From Rhodospirillaceae bacterium (GTDB taxonomy: Bacteria > Pseudomonadota > Alphaproteobacteria > Rhodospirillales > Magnetospirillaceae), in the NCBI GenBank assembly GCA_034926235.1, contig JAYFRE010000128.1:7010-71009 (forward strand): a stretch of 64,000 nt of DNA, in the 5' to 3' direction. Position numbers and translations under genes: made by a program. The stretch's first letter is position 1, and each line of letters begins with the position of its first letter. Of this stretch, positions 63,465 through 64,000 are shown piece by piece. The notes under the pieces are model-generated. The model did not search any database and had not been told where the DNA came from. It was given only the letters and a program-made list of their open reading frames with translations.

Positions 63465-64000
63465 ATGATGAGATTAGCAATTTATGGTACAGGTGGGTTA
63501 GGAAATGATGTTTTCATTCTTTCTCAATACATAAATAAAGAAAAAAATACGTGGAATGATGTTTTTTTCATAGATGATTTTGATTTCAATCGCCAATTTA
63601 AGGGCGCAGAAGTGAGGTCCTTTAAAGATATTCTAGAAGACAAAGAGGGTATTTCTGTTGTGATTGCCGTTGGCGAGCCGGTTGCAAGGGCCGCACTTTT
63701 TCAGAAGGTTCAGGCGCATGGTCTGCCCATCGTCACGCTTATTCATCCCAAAGCCAGCATTCCGGATTGCGCCAAAATCGGAAATGGTGTGGTCTTGTGC
63801 GAACATGTAACGGTCTATGGCGACGTGGTCATTGAAGACAATGCCTATATCCAGCCCTTTGCCATGCTTAGCCATAATTGCAAAATCGGACACAGTGCAG
63901 TTTTATCGCTTCATGCTGTTCTGGGGGGGCGATGCGTCGTTGGCGATCAGGCTTATGTCGGCATGGGAGCGCTGGTTAAGGAAGAACTAAACATCGGTGA
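63465..64000 (+). CDS. NeuD/PglD-like sugar N-acetyltransferase (hexapeptide-repeat), 3' end beyond the window
   Basis: Not in the ORF track because there is no stop in the window. My translation is MMRLAIYGTGGLGNDVFILSQ... (Rossmann-like N-domain) then IHPKASIPDCAKIGNGVVLCEHVTVYGDVVIEDNAYIQPFAMLSHNCKIGHSAVL... (left-handed beta-helix repeats). RBS AAGGAAAG is upstream. Confidence 0.7.
   Translation, partial: MMRLAIYGTGGLGNDVFILSQYINKEKNTWNDVFFIDDFDFNRQFKGAEVRSFKDILEDKEGISVVIAVGEPVARAALFQKVQAHGLPIVTLIHPKASIPDCAKIGNGVVLCEHVTVYGDVVIEDNAYIQPFAMLSHNCKIGHSAVLSLHAVLGGRCVVGDQAYVGMGALVKEELNIG

Noticed and set aside
63633-63893. 86-aa minus-strand ORF in the track
   Set aside because: It is antisense to the hexapeptide-repeat region of the plus-strand NeuD-like acetyltransferase, which has clear family features and a good RBS.
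1-64000. Mobile elements, prophage genes, toxin-antitoxin pairs, restriction-modification or other defence modules
   Set aside because: Reading all ORF translations, I found no transposase, integrase, phage structural, methyltransferase-nuclease or small paired toxin/antitoxin signatures. Absence is based on recognition by eye only.

Overview
This is a 64-kb high-G+C chromosomal segment. Hand counts of 60-nt samples in core genes give about 62-70% G+C. Gene content and synteny look alphaproteobacterial, possibly Rhodospirillales-like, but that is inference only. All calls come from reading the ORF translations and the DNA by eye; no database was searched.

I support about 60 protein genes. 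I saw no rRNA, tRNA, CRISPR array, transposase or integrase.

Gene content in order:
- Tail of a molybdate (TOBE) gene plus modD.
- NfeD/SPFH pair and a hemolysin-III family protein.
- A seven-gene, overlap-coupled operon on the minus strand: family-5 binding protein, DppBCDF-like transporter, amidase, amidohydrolase.
- Patatin-like lipase.
- A 41-codon rpmJ missing from the ORF track.
- Pyruvate kinase.
- Butyryl-CoA-type acyl-CoA dehydrogenase, a GntR regulator and Ada.
- A BMP-family binding protein.
- LysR regulator and mmsA.
- Fe-alcohol dehydrogenase, leucine dehydrogenase and brnQ.
- BMP-type ABC permeases and ATPase.
- ald, Lrp, an NTF2-like protein, a class-III (beta-alanine-pyruvate type) aminotransferase and an XRE-cupin regulator.
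- A 1066-aa PAS/GAF/GGDEF/EAL protein.
- LysR regulator and an SDR oxidoreductase.
- aapJQMP.
- An OYE flavoprotein, a crotonase and cytochrome b561.
- The conserved tatABC-serS-surE-pcm-nlpD block.
- A DUF815 ATPase.
- yajC-secDF.

Two compositional anomalies stand out:
- A patchy intermediate-GC segment at about 21.4-26.4 kb (adh, a 1.15-kb gene-free structured spacer, ldh, brnQ). It has strong AGGAGG ribosome-binding sites and perfect hairpin terminators.
- A sharply low-GC block from about 57.3 kb to at least 63.6 kb (hand samples 18-30% G+C). It encodes only glycan-building enzymes. Its right-hand compositional breakpoint falls inside an acetyltransferase ORF.

I did not find a convincing new multi-gene system such as a defence, toxin-antitoxin or secretion module. 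The items most worth follow-up are the low-GC glycan island with its intragenic breakpoint and the gene-free spacer at 22.7-23.8 kb. Many long antisense ORFs in the track are GC-driven shadow ORFs and were rejected.
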